Assembly: GCA_051530055.1 (NCBI GenBank)
Contig: CM121341.1
Coordinates: 17,772,784-17,836,783 of the forward strand
Length of the DNA stretch: 64,000 nt
Direction: 5' to 3'
Source: Neoechinorhynchus agilis
Taxonomy: Eukaryota > Animalia > Acanthocephala
Shown here: one piece after another, positions 1 to 12,077 of the stretch
How the letters are laid out: each line of letters opens with the position of its first letter
How positions within the stretch are numbered: the first letter of the stretch is position 1
Made by a program: the position numbers and the translations under genes
Notes under the pieces: generated by a model
What the model saw: only the letters and a program-made list of their open reading frames with translations
Databases searched by the model: none
Told to the model about the DNA's origin: nothing

Positions 1-570
1 TTTGACGAAAGCTCTTTATTCTTCTTCGAAAGATCGTTCTAAGGATGCGTAAAATCGACAACTTTTATGATCTAGTTTTACGGCAAATCAGAGTTTTTAA
101 TAGGCCGATAATGCACAAAGATTTTTCTGGCTAGTTGTTAACGACAAAATTGTAAGTTCAAATAACGAAGAAATGTTCGTGAAAATATCTCCATATCTTC
201 GGTCTAAACCGACGAAACCCTTAAGCGTATACAATAGGACGTTTCGTATTTGAAACAAAATGCGGTTCGTTCTTTCGAGAAGTGGTCATTCGGCAACTTT
301 TATGATCTAGTTTTTCAACAAATTAGTTTTTGATAAGTCGTTTATGCGAAAAGGTTTTAGAGACGTTTCAAAGAATCGATCATTATTAGAATGGTAAAGT
401 TGTGAGTTCCTATTAAGAAATGCTCGTGAAAATATCGCGATATCGTCCATATAAACCTACGAACCCTCTTAGCGCATTTTACAGATTCAAAATGTTGCGA
501 TGTCTTTTATCTAAACCGGCGAACCTTCTCAGGACACTAAATTGAACGTTTCGTATTTGTATCCTAGTTA
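1..570. repeat. Degenerate tandem repeat, period about 240 bp
   Basis: Recurring blocks: acttt(t)atgatctagtttt at ~61 and ~296; aatg(t/c)tcgtgaaaatatc...aaacc at ~172 and ~419, partly again at ~491; acgtttcgtatttg at ~239 and ~546. Confidence 0.5.
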
Positions 571-760
571 GGTTCCTTCTCTCATCGTCGTTGGTCGCAT
601 CGAATTCGGCGATTTGTCAGGATCTCCGCTTATAGGGTGTTTTTTCTGGACCCTGAAGGAGTAAAACTCCGAAGTATTAATCAAAAATAAGTTTGTTTAG
701 ATAAAGTTAAAATCCACGAGCATGTGAAAGTGGGGAAAATTATATATCCAAGAATCGCTT

Positions 761-807
761 TAATTGAAATACTTCGTCCAATCACGCTGGACTTCTTCAG
801 TCAATTA
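761..807 (-). ncRNA. Minimal type I hammerhead-like motif (Penelope-type)
   Basis: Minus strand reads TAATTGA-CTGAAGA-A-GTCCA-gcgtgat-TGGAC-GAAGTATT-TCAATTA: 7-bp stem I, 5-bp stem II, variant core GAAG instead of GAAA. Confidence 0.6.
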
Positions 808-926
808 TTACTTGTAAGTTTTTAAATGTGTTAGTTGGTGTCGCGTAAATTGCTAAAGTAGCGGCAGTCGCAAAATATCTCAAATTGTGCTGGCCTACAA
901 CCGTTCAATCGCAAGAAACATGATTT

Positions 927-997
927 TTGATTCCACTTTTTTCCAGGAAAGCAGTCCACGATTGGTTTTCCGCAATCCTTTCATATCAATGGATCAA
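927..997 (-). promoter_or_regulatory. SECIS element (type II) in the SEPHS2 3' UTR
   Basis: Minus strand: helix I TTGATCCAT/GTGGAATCAA; core ATGAA...GGAA; helix II AGGATTGCGG/CTGCTTTCCT; apical AAAA 11 nt after ATGA; mini-stem CCA-ATCG-TGG; begins 27 nt after the stop. Confidence 0.9.
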
Positions 998-1024
998 CTG
1001 GAGGAGGAGGAGCTGTTTGAAAAG

Positions 1025-2170
1025 TTACCAAAATTTAGGACATTCGATCACCTTTACATTTGATGACAAGATTTTAGCACAAGGCTCAGCTGCTTCAGAT
1101 TTTTGAACAAAACCAACTATAAATGCCTGATCTATATCTGCATCCACGTTAAATTGAGCGCAGAATTCTAGGGCATCTTTGGAAGGCATGACAGCCAACA
1201 AACCGCCAGAAGTTTCGGCAGCTCTTCCACTTAGGAGTTTGAATGGATTCCCGAGAGCATCGTCAAACTCGCTTGTAGACTTGATTAAGGGAAGTGTATT
1301 GAATACAAAGTCCACTTTTTCCACTTGATGTTCTGCTAGGTTCTGAGCATGGCCAAGAAGACCGAATCCAGTTACGTCCGTTATCGCATGAGTTTCAAAT
1401 TGTTTCAGGAGTTTCGCAGCGCGGAGGTTAAGACGGGTCATTATCTTACTAGAGAAGTTGTAGACTCGCTTGACTTCCTCCGGATCGAATTTCGATTGAA
1501 TAATTGCCCACTTTGATGGATTTAACATCATTTGATGGACGTTGACAGCTACTTGGATACCGAGAGGCTTTGTAAGAACGATTACATCGCCAGGTGTGGC
1601 TCTTGTAGATATCACGATTTCATGGAAAGGAACAACACTAGATGCAACGCCACCTAATAATACCCATTCATTGACAAAAAGTCGTTGGTCAGTAACCGTA
1701 ATGCCGGCTTCATGGGCAGAGTCTTCGAATCCACGATATATCTCACGGTAAACTGCAGAACGAAGACTGTGGTCCTCTGATTCGTCCTTAGAATCAAGAG
1801 CAGTGGATATCCCACATATAAACGTCAGATTATTCACTTCGGTTACTCCAGTGGCATAAATATCCGAAAGGACATTGGCACAAGTAATTTTACCCATTTC
1901 GTAAGGTTCTTCGATCAGTGGATAGAAATAATCGATTGTTTGTACAAGAAAAAGGTCGGTACCAGGGATCTTTATTACACACGAATCCAAACCAATACCA
2001 ACAACAACCTTATCGGAAACCGGTGGCTCCTCCTCAGTTTTCGTCAAACTTTTCACATCCTCAAGAAATGACCTCAACATCTCCCGAGGGATTTTACAAC
2101 CTCACCCTTTTAGGTTAGAATACGCCGTGAGGCGGAAATCCGCCGGAATGCCTCCACTAGAATCGCCCAT
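1025..2170 (-). CDS. SEPHS2: Selenophosphate synthetase 2, a selenoprotein with UGA=Sec at 2102-2104
   Basis: The ORF-track product extends upstream through an in-frame TGA: MGDSSGGIPADFRLTAYSNLKG-U-GCKIPREMLRSF (the KGUGCK active-site motif). Also DYFYP, ANVLSDIYA, TDVTGFGLLGH and ETSGGLL; intronless. Confidence 0.96.
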
Positions 2171-2869
2171 ATCCAAGTTTCTTAAACTGATGCGCGATAA
2201 AGCAACAGAAAGAGAGTTTGCAAGTGGATACAGCGGTGCGAAACGATGACTAACATTTTAAGTTCTAAAAGTGCAATCAACGTTTCATTCTTTCAGGCAC
2301 TACGTCGACATAAACTACAGTTTGTCGGAATGTCTAATTTATATTAGATTAATTTCCTCCTACACAATATTTCGTCCGTCTCGTCGGACTTCTTCAGGTT
2401 GCTTTTTCAACTGTGAACCTGAAATTGAAAGTGTTCAAGCTCCATCAATTGGAACCTCTACCCTGACTCAAATTACAGACATTGCCCCATTTTGGACTAG
2501 CACTCCCACAACTGAAACTTTGGTTAACCCTCCAATACTCCTATTGGCTTCGTCATGTGAAGTTCAACAACATCTCAAGATATTACCTCGAAATTCATCC
2601 TCTCAATCTGAAATCCCAAACTGAGCTCTTGGCTGCATCATCCCCGAACTCATTGACCCTCTTACCCTTATTATAAATCACAGCTTAAAGTTATCCTTTT
2701 TCCAAAAAAATGGGCATCCTATTTTCACCCTATCATTCCGCCCAATATCGATTCTACTCGCTCTTTCAAAAATTATCGAAAAATGTTTCAAAACGCGCAA
2801 TTTTCCACTTCGCAACGACAGGTTATCGCCCTTACAAGTCGGCTTCCGGCTGAAATTTTCTGCAACCGG

Positions 2870-4625
2870 TGCCCAATTTTGCATTTACGAAACGTTCCTA
2901 CGTAACCTCGACAATAATCCCTCTCACGTCACCCGCCTCACCCCTTCTCAAAGCCTGCTCCGATATTTGTCTCAATTTGTGGCAGATCCGCTGGATCGAA
3001 TCTTACCTTCACAATCGCAAACAATACATTCACTGCCGTTCTACCTCCTCTATCATCCTATCCCTCACCAAATGCGTACCTGAAGGTGCCGTACTCACAT
3101 TTTAATATTATCTTAAAAAAAGCTTAAGCCTCGCTCGTCTCAGTCTAAACTTTTCTTATACGCCGATGATCTCAGCCTCATCACTTAAATCATCACCCCA
3201 CCTCTCCCTCTCCTTAACCTCTAACGAAATCAAACACATAAAAGATTTCTTCACCAATCACAAATTCTACCTGAATTTCTCTAAATGCTTCGAAATGATC
3301 CTCTCATTTTCTCCCACAACCACACCCGATCTTCCAAATGACAGCCGACGAGTCACCTCTCTCAGAATTCTGGGTCTCTAATTTCGATCAAACTTGAAAT
3401 GGGACTCCCACATCCCTCCCTAAAGGTCAACACCTTTAAAATTTACCTATTAATTTTTTTCTTTGAAAAGCAAACTATTTAGATTAAGAACGTTGTTTAA
3501 CACACACACGCAGTTTCTCAATATTCATGTATTGTTAACTTCGCAGATCCATCTCTTCGCCACTCGGAATCGTCGCAAGGACAATTGTAGCGTTGCTGCG
3601 CTGGATCGCGAGACCTATGTTTTGCAGGAAGAACGTTCCTGCTCTTGGTTCTCCGGTTGCGATCCTCATTTTCCTTGACAGTTCCGCCGTGAAGTTCTTG
3701 GCCTGAAGGCTCCGAACGTCTCAACGCCGAAAGGGACGAAGTGTGCCCTCAGGAGCTCGGCGTACATACCCCGCTTGCGTTCCTCCGCGGCAATTGCAGC
3801 GCCTCCTTCGTACCGTGAGGAATATCTTAGATTGGACAGAGCAAGGGTGTCCACACAAGTAGCGTCCCAGAGAAGGGATTTCCCTTCTCGCCGCGGGAAC
3901 ACAGTTATCCCGTCCGGTCTTCGACCGTCGAGTCTGCAGAGGTGACTCGGTTCGAGCAGATTCGGTGCGTGTATCGTGTTTAAGGCCCGACTAATAACCG
4001 AGTTAATCTCCGCGTGGCGAGCATACCTGCCACCGGACTGGCGACAGACGAGACCGTGTCTACCCAAAGAATCCACAAGGGCCCCACAACGACAGTAGTG
4101 TGGGACACAAATCGGGAGACCAAGTCGTAAGGACACTCCGATCTTACTGCTCCAAATTTTACTTCAGTTTTACTTTACCCTCCCTCACCTACAGCTATCC
4201 CGTCTTTTGCAGCCTGTCCAAATCAATAATCCGTCGCCTTGAAACGTTTCATAGAAAAGCCTCTAAAATCTGCACAATTGATTTCCCCCGCTCGCCAAAT
4301 GCATTTATAAAATTTTCACCAAACAATCAAAACGCCTTTCAACCCGACCACCACAATTTAATTCACATGTCGTCCATCTACCTCTGATGCTTTTTCCATA
4401 CTACGCATTCTTCTCGGATATCATAACCCGAAATTAACTAGATGAAAGACTCCACCTAACAAACTCTCCTACACCAATAACCACCTATTTTTCCGGTCGA
4501 CTGGACCAGTCATCCACTACAAAATAAAAATGACACATTCATTTAACCGATCAGATGGTTCGAGTGTTCACGAAGCCCAAAGGTACATGATTCCCTTACC
4601 TTGAACAATCAAACGTGTTATTGTT
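2870..4625 (+). mobile_element. Degenerate L2/CR1-like LINE (RT C-terminal half and 3' UTR), interrupted at ~3460-4130
   Basis: CVPEGAVL (~3075), LFLYADDL (3148-3173), LRILGL*FRSNLKWDSHI (~3360-3415), LRSYC...LETFHRKASKIC (4135-4275). 3' motif cgagt...cccaaaggtacatg is shared with 9000-9080 and 32340-32420. Confidence 0.8.
3460..4136 (-). mobile_element. 5'-truncated CRE-like non-LTR retroelement (RLE domain) nested in the LINE
   Basis: LRLGLPIC-PHYCRCG, HGLVC, RH-EIN, DGRRPDG, WDATCVD, FVPFGVETFG; after a frameshift, QNIGLAIQRSNA. Confidence 0.85.
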
Positions 4626-4717
4626 AAGTTGTGTTCAATTAAATTTTGTCGCTTGTTTAAATTTCATGTTTGAATCTTAAACGCTAAAAGTTACGATTAT
4701 CTCAAATCTAGAATTTA

Positions 4718-6999
4718 TTAATCTTCATCATAAAGCTGATAAGCTCGCGAATGTCCAATATCTGAAGAACTCAACGCAGGTGATGAAGGCTTAAGAGGCC
4801 GACTTTCCGATGACTCTGATGATTCTTGTGATTTTGACGATCTAGAGTATTCATCAGTGCTTTGCTTCCTTCGCTTACGCATGGAGTATAGGCAACATAA
4901 AGTGGCGAGGATCAATAAGATTAAACTAACAATGGAGACGGAAACAAAAATAAAAATAAATTTGGTGATTACTCGAATAGAATTACAACTATAAGAACGG
5001 CAAATTGAAAGGTACCCAGCATCGTCATAGTTTCCGTAGTATCCGCACACTTCGAATTGTTTGTGCTCACAAGTCACAATAAAGCGGGCACGTGTGCTAA
5101 AATTATTTCCAGCGGTATCTTCTACAATTTCAAGATTTTCAGGTCCACGGGTAAATCTTAGAAACGTACTACCGGGATGGCAAACATCATTGTTGGAACT
5201 TAGTATCACGTCGTATTTTCGCCCAGTGTCCAACAATTTGTTATCTACATCACTGCCCTTCGGTTCAGTTTGTATTTCTAAATGAGGTTTCCTATCGCAC
5301 GGTACTTTTAGAGGCTGCAAAATAATCCACACTACTGTAGTGCTTACCAACGGGATTCCCTGTCCTTTGTAGAAATCAGCATCTGAGAGGAAATTCCGTT
5401 ATTAAAAGTTGTTTTTTGTTGTCTTTATCGTATTCATCGATCTCCATCGCAAATGGTCTATATATTCTATGATCCGACGAAGGAAAATTCGTTGTCAAAC
5501 TACAGTTAGAATACAATTTTACGTATTTATAAGTATCACTTAAAGTTTTGCATACTGGACAGTCTTGGATCATTTTCAGCAACCTGCACTTAACAATGTC
5601 ACCATCGGGATCTTGAACATACAGTTGGTAGTTTTCGGTCACTTGTCCAGCCAATATGATGTGCTGGGACAAAAATCCAAATAAGGGCGAACGATTTAGT
5701 TTTCCATTCTTACGTTTAAGATAGATGATCTCAAATTAAAAAATGTAGGATCAGAAGATCAAAGCTCTTTTGTAAGAAATGCTATTTTTATTTCAACTTT
5801 TTTTAAACGAATTAACGTTTTTCTTGTTCAATATTGAAAATTATTATCAGGCAATTATCTAAAAAATATTTTTTTCAGTTCAAACAGACTAATCAATACG
5901 CTGCATTTTTTTACGAAACCGATTTGTTCATAACAATTCTAAGCAAATTTAAAACGAAAATTTCCGATTGGAAGTTTTAAATAATGATTTCATATGAGTA
6001 ATTTAATTTATTTTGGAACCTGCCAACCCATGTAGAGACGACGGGCGTAGACCTGATGGGGTGACCGTATTTCCGTGGCGGGAGGGTAAAAGCCTCCTCT
6101 GGGACTCCACTTGTGTCGATACACTCGCAGCCAGCAATCTCAAGTTCTCGGTAATTCAAGCTGGAGATGCATCGAGCGCTGCGGAAGGACGGAAAACGGC
6201 AAAATACCTCGATTTAGCCAGGGCCCATGTGTTTGTGCCTTTTGAGGTTGAGACCTACGGATCTCTTAGTAGCGAGGCTCTTCAACTTCTGAAGGATCTG
6301 AAGCGACGCCTTCAGGTTACAAACAGTGATGCAAGGTCAGGTCAATACCTGGTTCAAAATATCAATATCGCCGTGTTGAGAGTCAACACTGCAAGCATTC
6401 GGGCGAAAATTGAGGACGAGAACGGCTAGGCATATAACAGTTTGTGAACGAGCGCTAAAATAAATACATCATAAGATAGATTAAAAAAATTGTAAGAATA
6501 TAAAAATCCAAATGTTTTAACTCACACTTAAGTTCATCTAAAATGTAAGGGCATAAATGGTCGTCATTAGATCCATTGGTGGGTTAACGTTATTTATAAT
6601 GCATTCATCGACCCAGCAGCATGTTTGGTACGAAATCTTGATCGGTAGTGCATCGCATTTGACTCGAACTGCCGTCGACCCAATTAATGTACTTTCCGTT
6701 CTGTAATGGAACACTTTCCCACATTTAATCTCGACAGGATTTTCTTTAGTCCTACAGCCCTCGCACTTTAAGGTTTTTATATAAAGAATGCTATTGGTGC
6801 CATTGATACACCTGCTTTTTATTTTTTTGTATTTTGTGTTCATAACTTCGCGTACTGTGACATTAAGGAAGCATTCTTTGCCGAGCTTTGTCACCCGATA
6901 AGAGACTAATCCTCCACGAATCTGAAGGCATTGAACTGCTACCAAGTTGAAGAAAGTCAAGATTAAACCTAAAGTGAAAGGGTTCAGTGCTTGCGACAA
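4718..6999 (-). CDS. Type I membrane protein of the RGG...CCW...N-SP...DPDGD-V-CR adhesion-like family (annotated integrin-beta-like/Sib-like in invertebrates); 3 exons, ~6999-6553, 5720-5430, 5368-4718
   Basis: Signal-peptide-like N-terminus, QIRGG, TCCW, LKRKNGKLNRSP, QDPDGDIVKCR...DCPVC...C, a TM helix FIFIFVSVSIVSLILLILATLCCLY followed by RKRRK and a Ser-rich tail. Start ATG not identified; both junctions are non-canonical (see findings). Confidence 0.72.
6013..6500 (+). mobile_element. CRE-like retroelement 3' fragment inside the intron of the membrane-protein gene (antisense)
   Basis: DGRRPDG, WDSTCVD, FVPFEVETYG, QNINIAVLRVN, followed by an A-rich 3' UTR with aataaa. Confidence 0.85.
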
Positions 7000-7259
7000 A
7001 AGAGAACTTTTGACTAACGTATCATCACTGCTCTCGTATGCATAAAGTCGAAAAGTGAAAGCGAGCGTTAGTTACTTGGTTACTAATTAGCATAATCCCG
7101 GAAATTCGTAATCGATCAACAGTTTGAACATTTAAAAGCGATTCATCTTCGATGCTGCAGCGAAAAGTCCAATATTTGAGTTGCCAAACGCCAAATTTAA
7201 ATTAAAAAACACAAATTTGTAACTTTTTGTAATTTATACCTTACAAACATCTGCATCAC

Positions 7260-9000
7260 CGCCTTTCTGGATCACTCAGCTACCGTCCTGGTGTAATGGT
7301 CGAAAGGACGGATGCAGCGTTCCCTCGTTGCACAGCCAGACTTATGTTTTGTAGGAGGGATACTCCTGATCTCGGATCGCCAGTGATTCGTCTCAATCTC
7401 CTGGGCAATTGATTGACCAGGTCCTGCGCCCAAATGATCCGATCACTTCGCCGAGTCGACAGACGGTACTTGCTCACTACCGGAATCTTCACACCAAACA
7501 TTAAGAGCCTCCACGAAATCTTCATCCAAACTGTAATAATAGCCAAGAAAAGACTGAACTATTTTGCGATTTGCTTCATACGATTCCAAATAAGCTGGCA
7601 GAGAAACCGCCGGACGACACAGGCAAGAAGTCTTGTCTGACAGCTGAATATTTAAAAATTTCTCGAGAGCGAGTTTCACCGCTTCACCTTATTTGGCCAG
7701 CTTATGCCTATGTCTAAAAAAAGTGCCAGCTTATACAGCAGTTTCGGAATGAAGAAAGTGTTCTTGATAAGGAACAGAGCCTCGTGTGAGGAAAATTCAT
7801 CAACTCGTTCGCACAGCATCGAAAATTGCGGTTAAAGATTGACAATCTCTGCTTCGACATTAGAACCAAAAATGCAGCTTCCTAGAATACTCAACCGGTC
7901 AAGAGTGATCAATTCTATCCCGGAAGCCAGGTTCTGAAAATCTTTCACGATAGTTTGCCTGGACCCCTCATCTTCCACGTTCATCACTAAAATCTCGCTT
8001 TTCGCAGCATTCAATTCAATGCCAATTTTCGATGTCTTCTTCACAAGTGTCTCCAAATCGCGCAGTACATCGTCCGCGTACCAGCCGTCAAAGGTGAACC
8101 GGAGAGAGTGTGCGACGGGATTGACTGCGAGTGAAAAGGCTATTGAGCCCAAAGGATCCCCTTGTTGAACTCCTTTTTCTGACCACAAAACGTTTTTATT
8201 GAACAACAAGGGAGTTAAAGTCCCATTAGGCATTAACGAAATAGCGAAATGCTTCTGGTGCGTGATCTCTAATTACTTCGAGCAAATCTGCTCGGTGAAC
8301 TTTGTTGAGTGCATTCTTGAAATCACATTTCAAGATCACGCACGGCTTTGAGTTTCCGGTGGTGAACGTGCGGAGTGAATAAACAGTCGCCTCTGGGGCG
8401 AAACAACATCCCTACTTTTTACGCGATCCTTTTATTTAAAATTTTTTGCTGTTAAGCGGTGCAGAATGGTTCCAATTGCAATGGGGCAAATCCCACCTTC
8501 CTTTTTCGCGACGGCACACAAAGATGCGCCGAAAAATAACTCAATTGCTTTCGGAATAAACTCTTCCCCTGTAAATTGGTCGACTAGGCGTGCCAATGCA
8601 TCTTCAAGGGACTGAGCAGCGTCACCTACTGAAAAGCATGTCATATCCTTTAGGTGTTGGGGCCGGGGCCCGTCAAGCCCGTAAGCTGATCCATTAACAA
8701 ATGAGGAGATTGTCATCTTCAATTCTGATTTCGATGATAAAACATAAGGGATCGTATCGCAGGAGGAGGATTTCAGGAAATACTGTCGACCGCCGTCACT
8801 AGGATGTTTGGAACGAAGAGTTCGTAAAGTTTCTTCGTCATCTTTTGGCGAGACTGTCCATTGATGATAAAAGGTGAACCGCACCTCTGAAATCTCCACG
8901 CCTGCGAGCTTTGAAGAAACGCGCCAAGCAAGCAACCGATTTGAGTTTCGGCGGCGGTCAGCCTTCTGGGCAAGTCCCTTACGTAGCTCTGTTTATAATA
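7260..9000 (-). mobile_element. Degenerate, frameshifted CRE-like retroelement (RT and RLE remnants)
   Basis: GLDGPRPQHLKDM, KKEGGICPIAIG, GVQQGDPLG, WYADD, QNISLAVQRGNAASVL across ORFs 8432-8935, 7832-8233, 7443-7679 and 7280-7546. Confidence 0.85.
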
Positions 9001-9400
9001 ACAATTTTATTGTTAGAAAAATACAAAGAATAGGACCCATGTACCTTTGGGTTTTCATAAGCACTCGAGTTCAGAGTTGTTCAAAAGAAAAGCGTATCCT
9101 TTAGGGTGGGAATATCCGGTCTGTGGATGCCCGTTCGGGTGGGAGTTGGTGGTTATTGTTTGCAGGAGAGCTTGTGAGATTGGTCTTTCCTCAGGTTCAT
9201 TTCGGGTATTGATATCCTAGAAGATTGAGCAGCATGGAAAAGAAGCGGAGACAGAGGGAGGATGAAGCGAATTAGGATTACGAGTGTTGTGCTCGTGTGA
9301 AAAGGGGAATAAAATGTGTTAAAAATTGTGGTGGTAAAGCTGAGAGGCATTTTGTTTGATGAAAATAGTATCAAGGTATTCGGTGAACTCTAAAAATTGA
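9000..9400 (-). mobile_element. LINE 3' fragment related to 2870-4625 and 32340-32930
   Basis: QSSRISIPEMNLRKD matches QSSRISWSEMNRRKD at ~32500; shared 3' motif tctgaactcgagt...cccaaaggtacatgggtcc. Confidence 0.65.
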
Positions 9401-11036
9401 TTAGATGTTAAGTTACAATACAAAAATCCCGAGCATAGTATACACTTGTATATTTATGGAATTGATCATCCATTTTCAACGTTTCGACTTGAAACTATCA
9501 GAAGTTCTAATTATTTAGATGGCGGTGTCGAAATGATAAATACTAATACAAATGAACTTTTAGAACTAAAATACTATGACATTTGATAAAAAGTCAATAA
9601 TGCGATTTTTCCATAAAGTGTTAATTTTGTTGGCTTTACAGTTCACAATACAGACTGATAAAAGTAAATCAGCTTAGATAATCGGGCTTATTTTTTTTCG
9701 AAGCTCGATCATTCGTGTAGTGCCGGTGCGGATCATAGATTGTTGCTATCATTGCAATTAAATTTCCCCGATTTCCTAATATTTATGTTCTATTGCAAAA
9801 CCAAATGTAGGGCTAAGAATCAGTCTGAACATTGACTTCGAATTGAGTTGAGTGCGCATAACCGGAATCCACATTACGCCTAAAACAAACTAAGACAGGA
9901 GAGACTGTGATTTTGTGTAGACATTTAAACTTCTCAAACAAGAACCGATGTTTATATTCCTCCGCCGCTCGCTACATGCACCCTTTTCACAATTTTCGAC
10001 GTTCTTTACCTTGTTTGTCCGGTCAAATATTGACAGAGAACAAATCAAGAATTTGCTTCTGCACGTTCCCCCACCCTATATAAAGAAAGTCATGTATACG
10101 CTAGAGCGCTAAATGAGATACTATTAATATTACTTTTTGACTTTTGCTCGGGTTACGATTCAAGACCGTTCACTTGTGTCTTCAATGGATACATTGCCAA
10201 AGGTGAGATGCTTCAAATAATTATTAATTTTATTCGAGTTGATGATTTGTCTTTGTTTCATCTATGTTGCATTTCGATTGTCGTTACAGGGAATTTGAAA
10301 GAAGTTTCAGGTATTGCCGCTGGGTACTTCTTTTAACTTAGGTATCGAAATTAATGCCGGTAAGGCATCTCTCCATTTGTTATTGATTCGTTCTTTTGTC
10401 TGAAGGAATGTCATTAGCTCTTTCGTTTAAAGCCAATGACGATTAAAAGGTTGCGAACGCGGATAACTTTTCGAATGTGTAATATTAGAACATATTGTTT
10501 CTTAAGTTAAAATGTCCACTTTCCTGTAATGCCGATCTGCAAAAAATACTTTGTCCTTTTTATGTCTATGTCATTCGCAACTTTAAACAGTCAAATACTT
10601 GCGATTATTTGCGCATTCAGAAGATAAAATTATTCTCGGTTGTGAATTTTCACGAACAGACAAAGTTGAAATTTAGTTTTTTCTTAGGATTGAACGTAAT
10701 TGTGCAAACCTATAATTTTTGATCACATCATTTGCTAGTGATATCTTCCAGAGGTTCTGCTCATATTTCTCGGTTGCAATAAAACTCACAATGAGAAAAT
10801 CTTGTTCTTAAGTAAGGTAATTTGAGGCGTTTCTACTTTCCAGACGTACTTGAGCAAAATGAGTTTTGCTGGATTTATTACTTATGAGCTAAAATTTGTC
10901 ACTTTTATAACCTCTTCAAATTCGCGAATGCAATAAACTGAAATTTCGTTCCTATGAATTCGTATAAATTCAAATGCAAATAAAAATTTATTGTATAAAT
11001 TGTTTGACAACAAATTCTCCTCCTTTTATCATTCAT

Positions 11037-12077
11037 TTAATAAGGTGATTGGTTGTGTTGGATGTTATAATATGCCGGTGGTGGAGGCTGATTGGCATAT
11101 TCAAGATACATTAGTTGTCCAGCAGTGTTGTTGTTCATTTCCATAATGTTTTGGTCTTCGATCATGTAAGGAGTGGGGTAAATGTACGCGGGGAATTGAT
11201 TCATTTGCTCACTCGTGACACAACATGTACATCCTGCTCCCAATTCCGACTGGCACATTATTTGCCCAATTAATCCAGGCGGCTGTTGATTGTATTGCTC
11301 AATTGGAGCACCCTGATTAATTTGATAATTTTCTAATTGATTTTGTTGCTGATACATATGATTTATTGGAGTATATCGGTCCTGCTGATGACCACTGTAG
11401 TAGTCAAATAATTCTTCTTTTGGAAGATATTCTTCATTTGACTGCCTCTGAAGGAAATTAAGTATTTCTGGTGGATTTTCAAGACTTTCTGGTTGCTGCC
11501 GATTTGATATTTGTGATTCCTCAACGCAGCGCCGTTTCGGTTGTTCTGTTTTGCAGGCAGAAGCACTAGTTGTTCCATCTGACCGGTGTCCTCTTCGCCC
11601 GCGCTTTCTGGTGGTACATTTATTAGGAAGTTTAAATCTTTTTTGCCGACGAAGGTAGCATCCGTTTTCGAACATATTGCCTGCGTCCGGATGAAGTGCC
11701 CAATAGCTTCCCTTTCCGGGTCGATCAGCAGGCCGAGGGACTTTGACAAAGCAATCGTTAAAACTCAGACTATGTCGAATGGAATTTTGCCATCGCTGCA
11801 CTTGAAGATGGTAATATGGAAAATTTCTCATTATAAAATTATAGATTTCATTAAGAGTGACCATCCCATGTTCACTTTTTTGAATGGCCATTGTGATAAG
11901 CGAAATGTAGCTGTAAGGTGGTTTTGCATTGGAAATCGTGGCTACAGATCTACGCTGCTCGGTCTGTTGTCCTCCTGATGAGTAATCTCCGTAAGTTGTC
12001 TCGTGCAAATAGTCTAGTTGATCGAAAGTTCGTTTTCGACCTTGTATTGTTTGAAGATTCTCAGCAGAATTTGACAT
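11037..12077 (-). CDS. FOXA: Forkhead transcription factor, FoxA class
   Basis: [16 protein letters not shown]...[20 protein letters not shown]...[29 protein letters not shown] is FoxA-diagnostic. First ATG is at 12077 (the ORF track starts at a GTG at 12251); intronless. Confidence 0.93.
   Translation of the reverse strand: MSNSAENLQTIQGRKRTFDQLDYLHETTYGDYSSGGQQTEQRRSVATISNAKPPYSYISLITMAIQKSEHGMVTLNEIYNFIMRNFPYYHLQVQRWQNSIRHSLSFNDCFVKVPRPADRPGKGSYWALHPDAGNMFENGCYLRRQKRFKLPNKCTTRKRGRRGHRSDGTTSASACKTEQPKRRCVEESQISNRQQPESLENPPEILNFLQRQSNEEYLPKEELFDYYSGHQQDRYTPINHMYQQQNQLENYQINQGAPIEQYNQQPPGLIGQIMCQSELGAGCTCCVTSEQMNQFPAYIYPTPYMIEDQNIMEMNNNTAGQLMYLEYANQPPPPAYYNIQHNQSPY

Noticed and set aside
653-680. 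CTGAA-GGAG-taaaa-CTCC-GAAGTATT
   Set aside because: Core lacks GA and has no stem I; treated as a decayed relic only.
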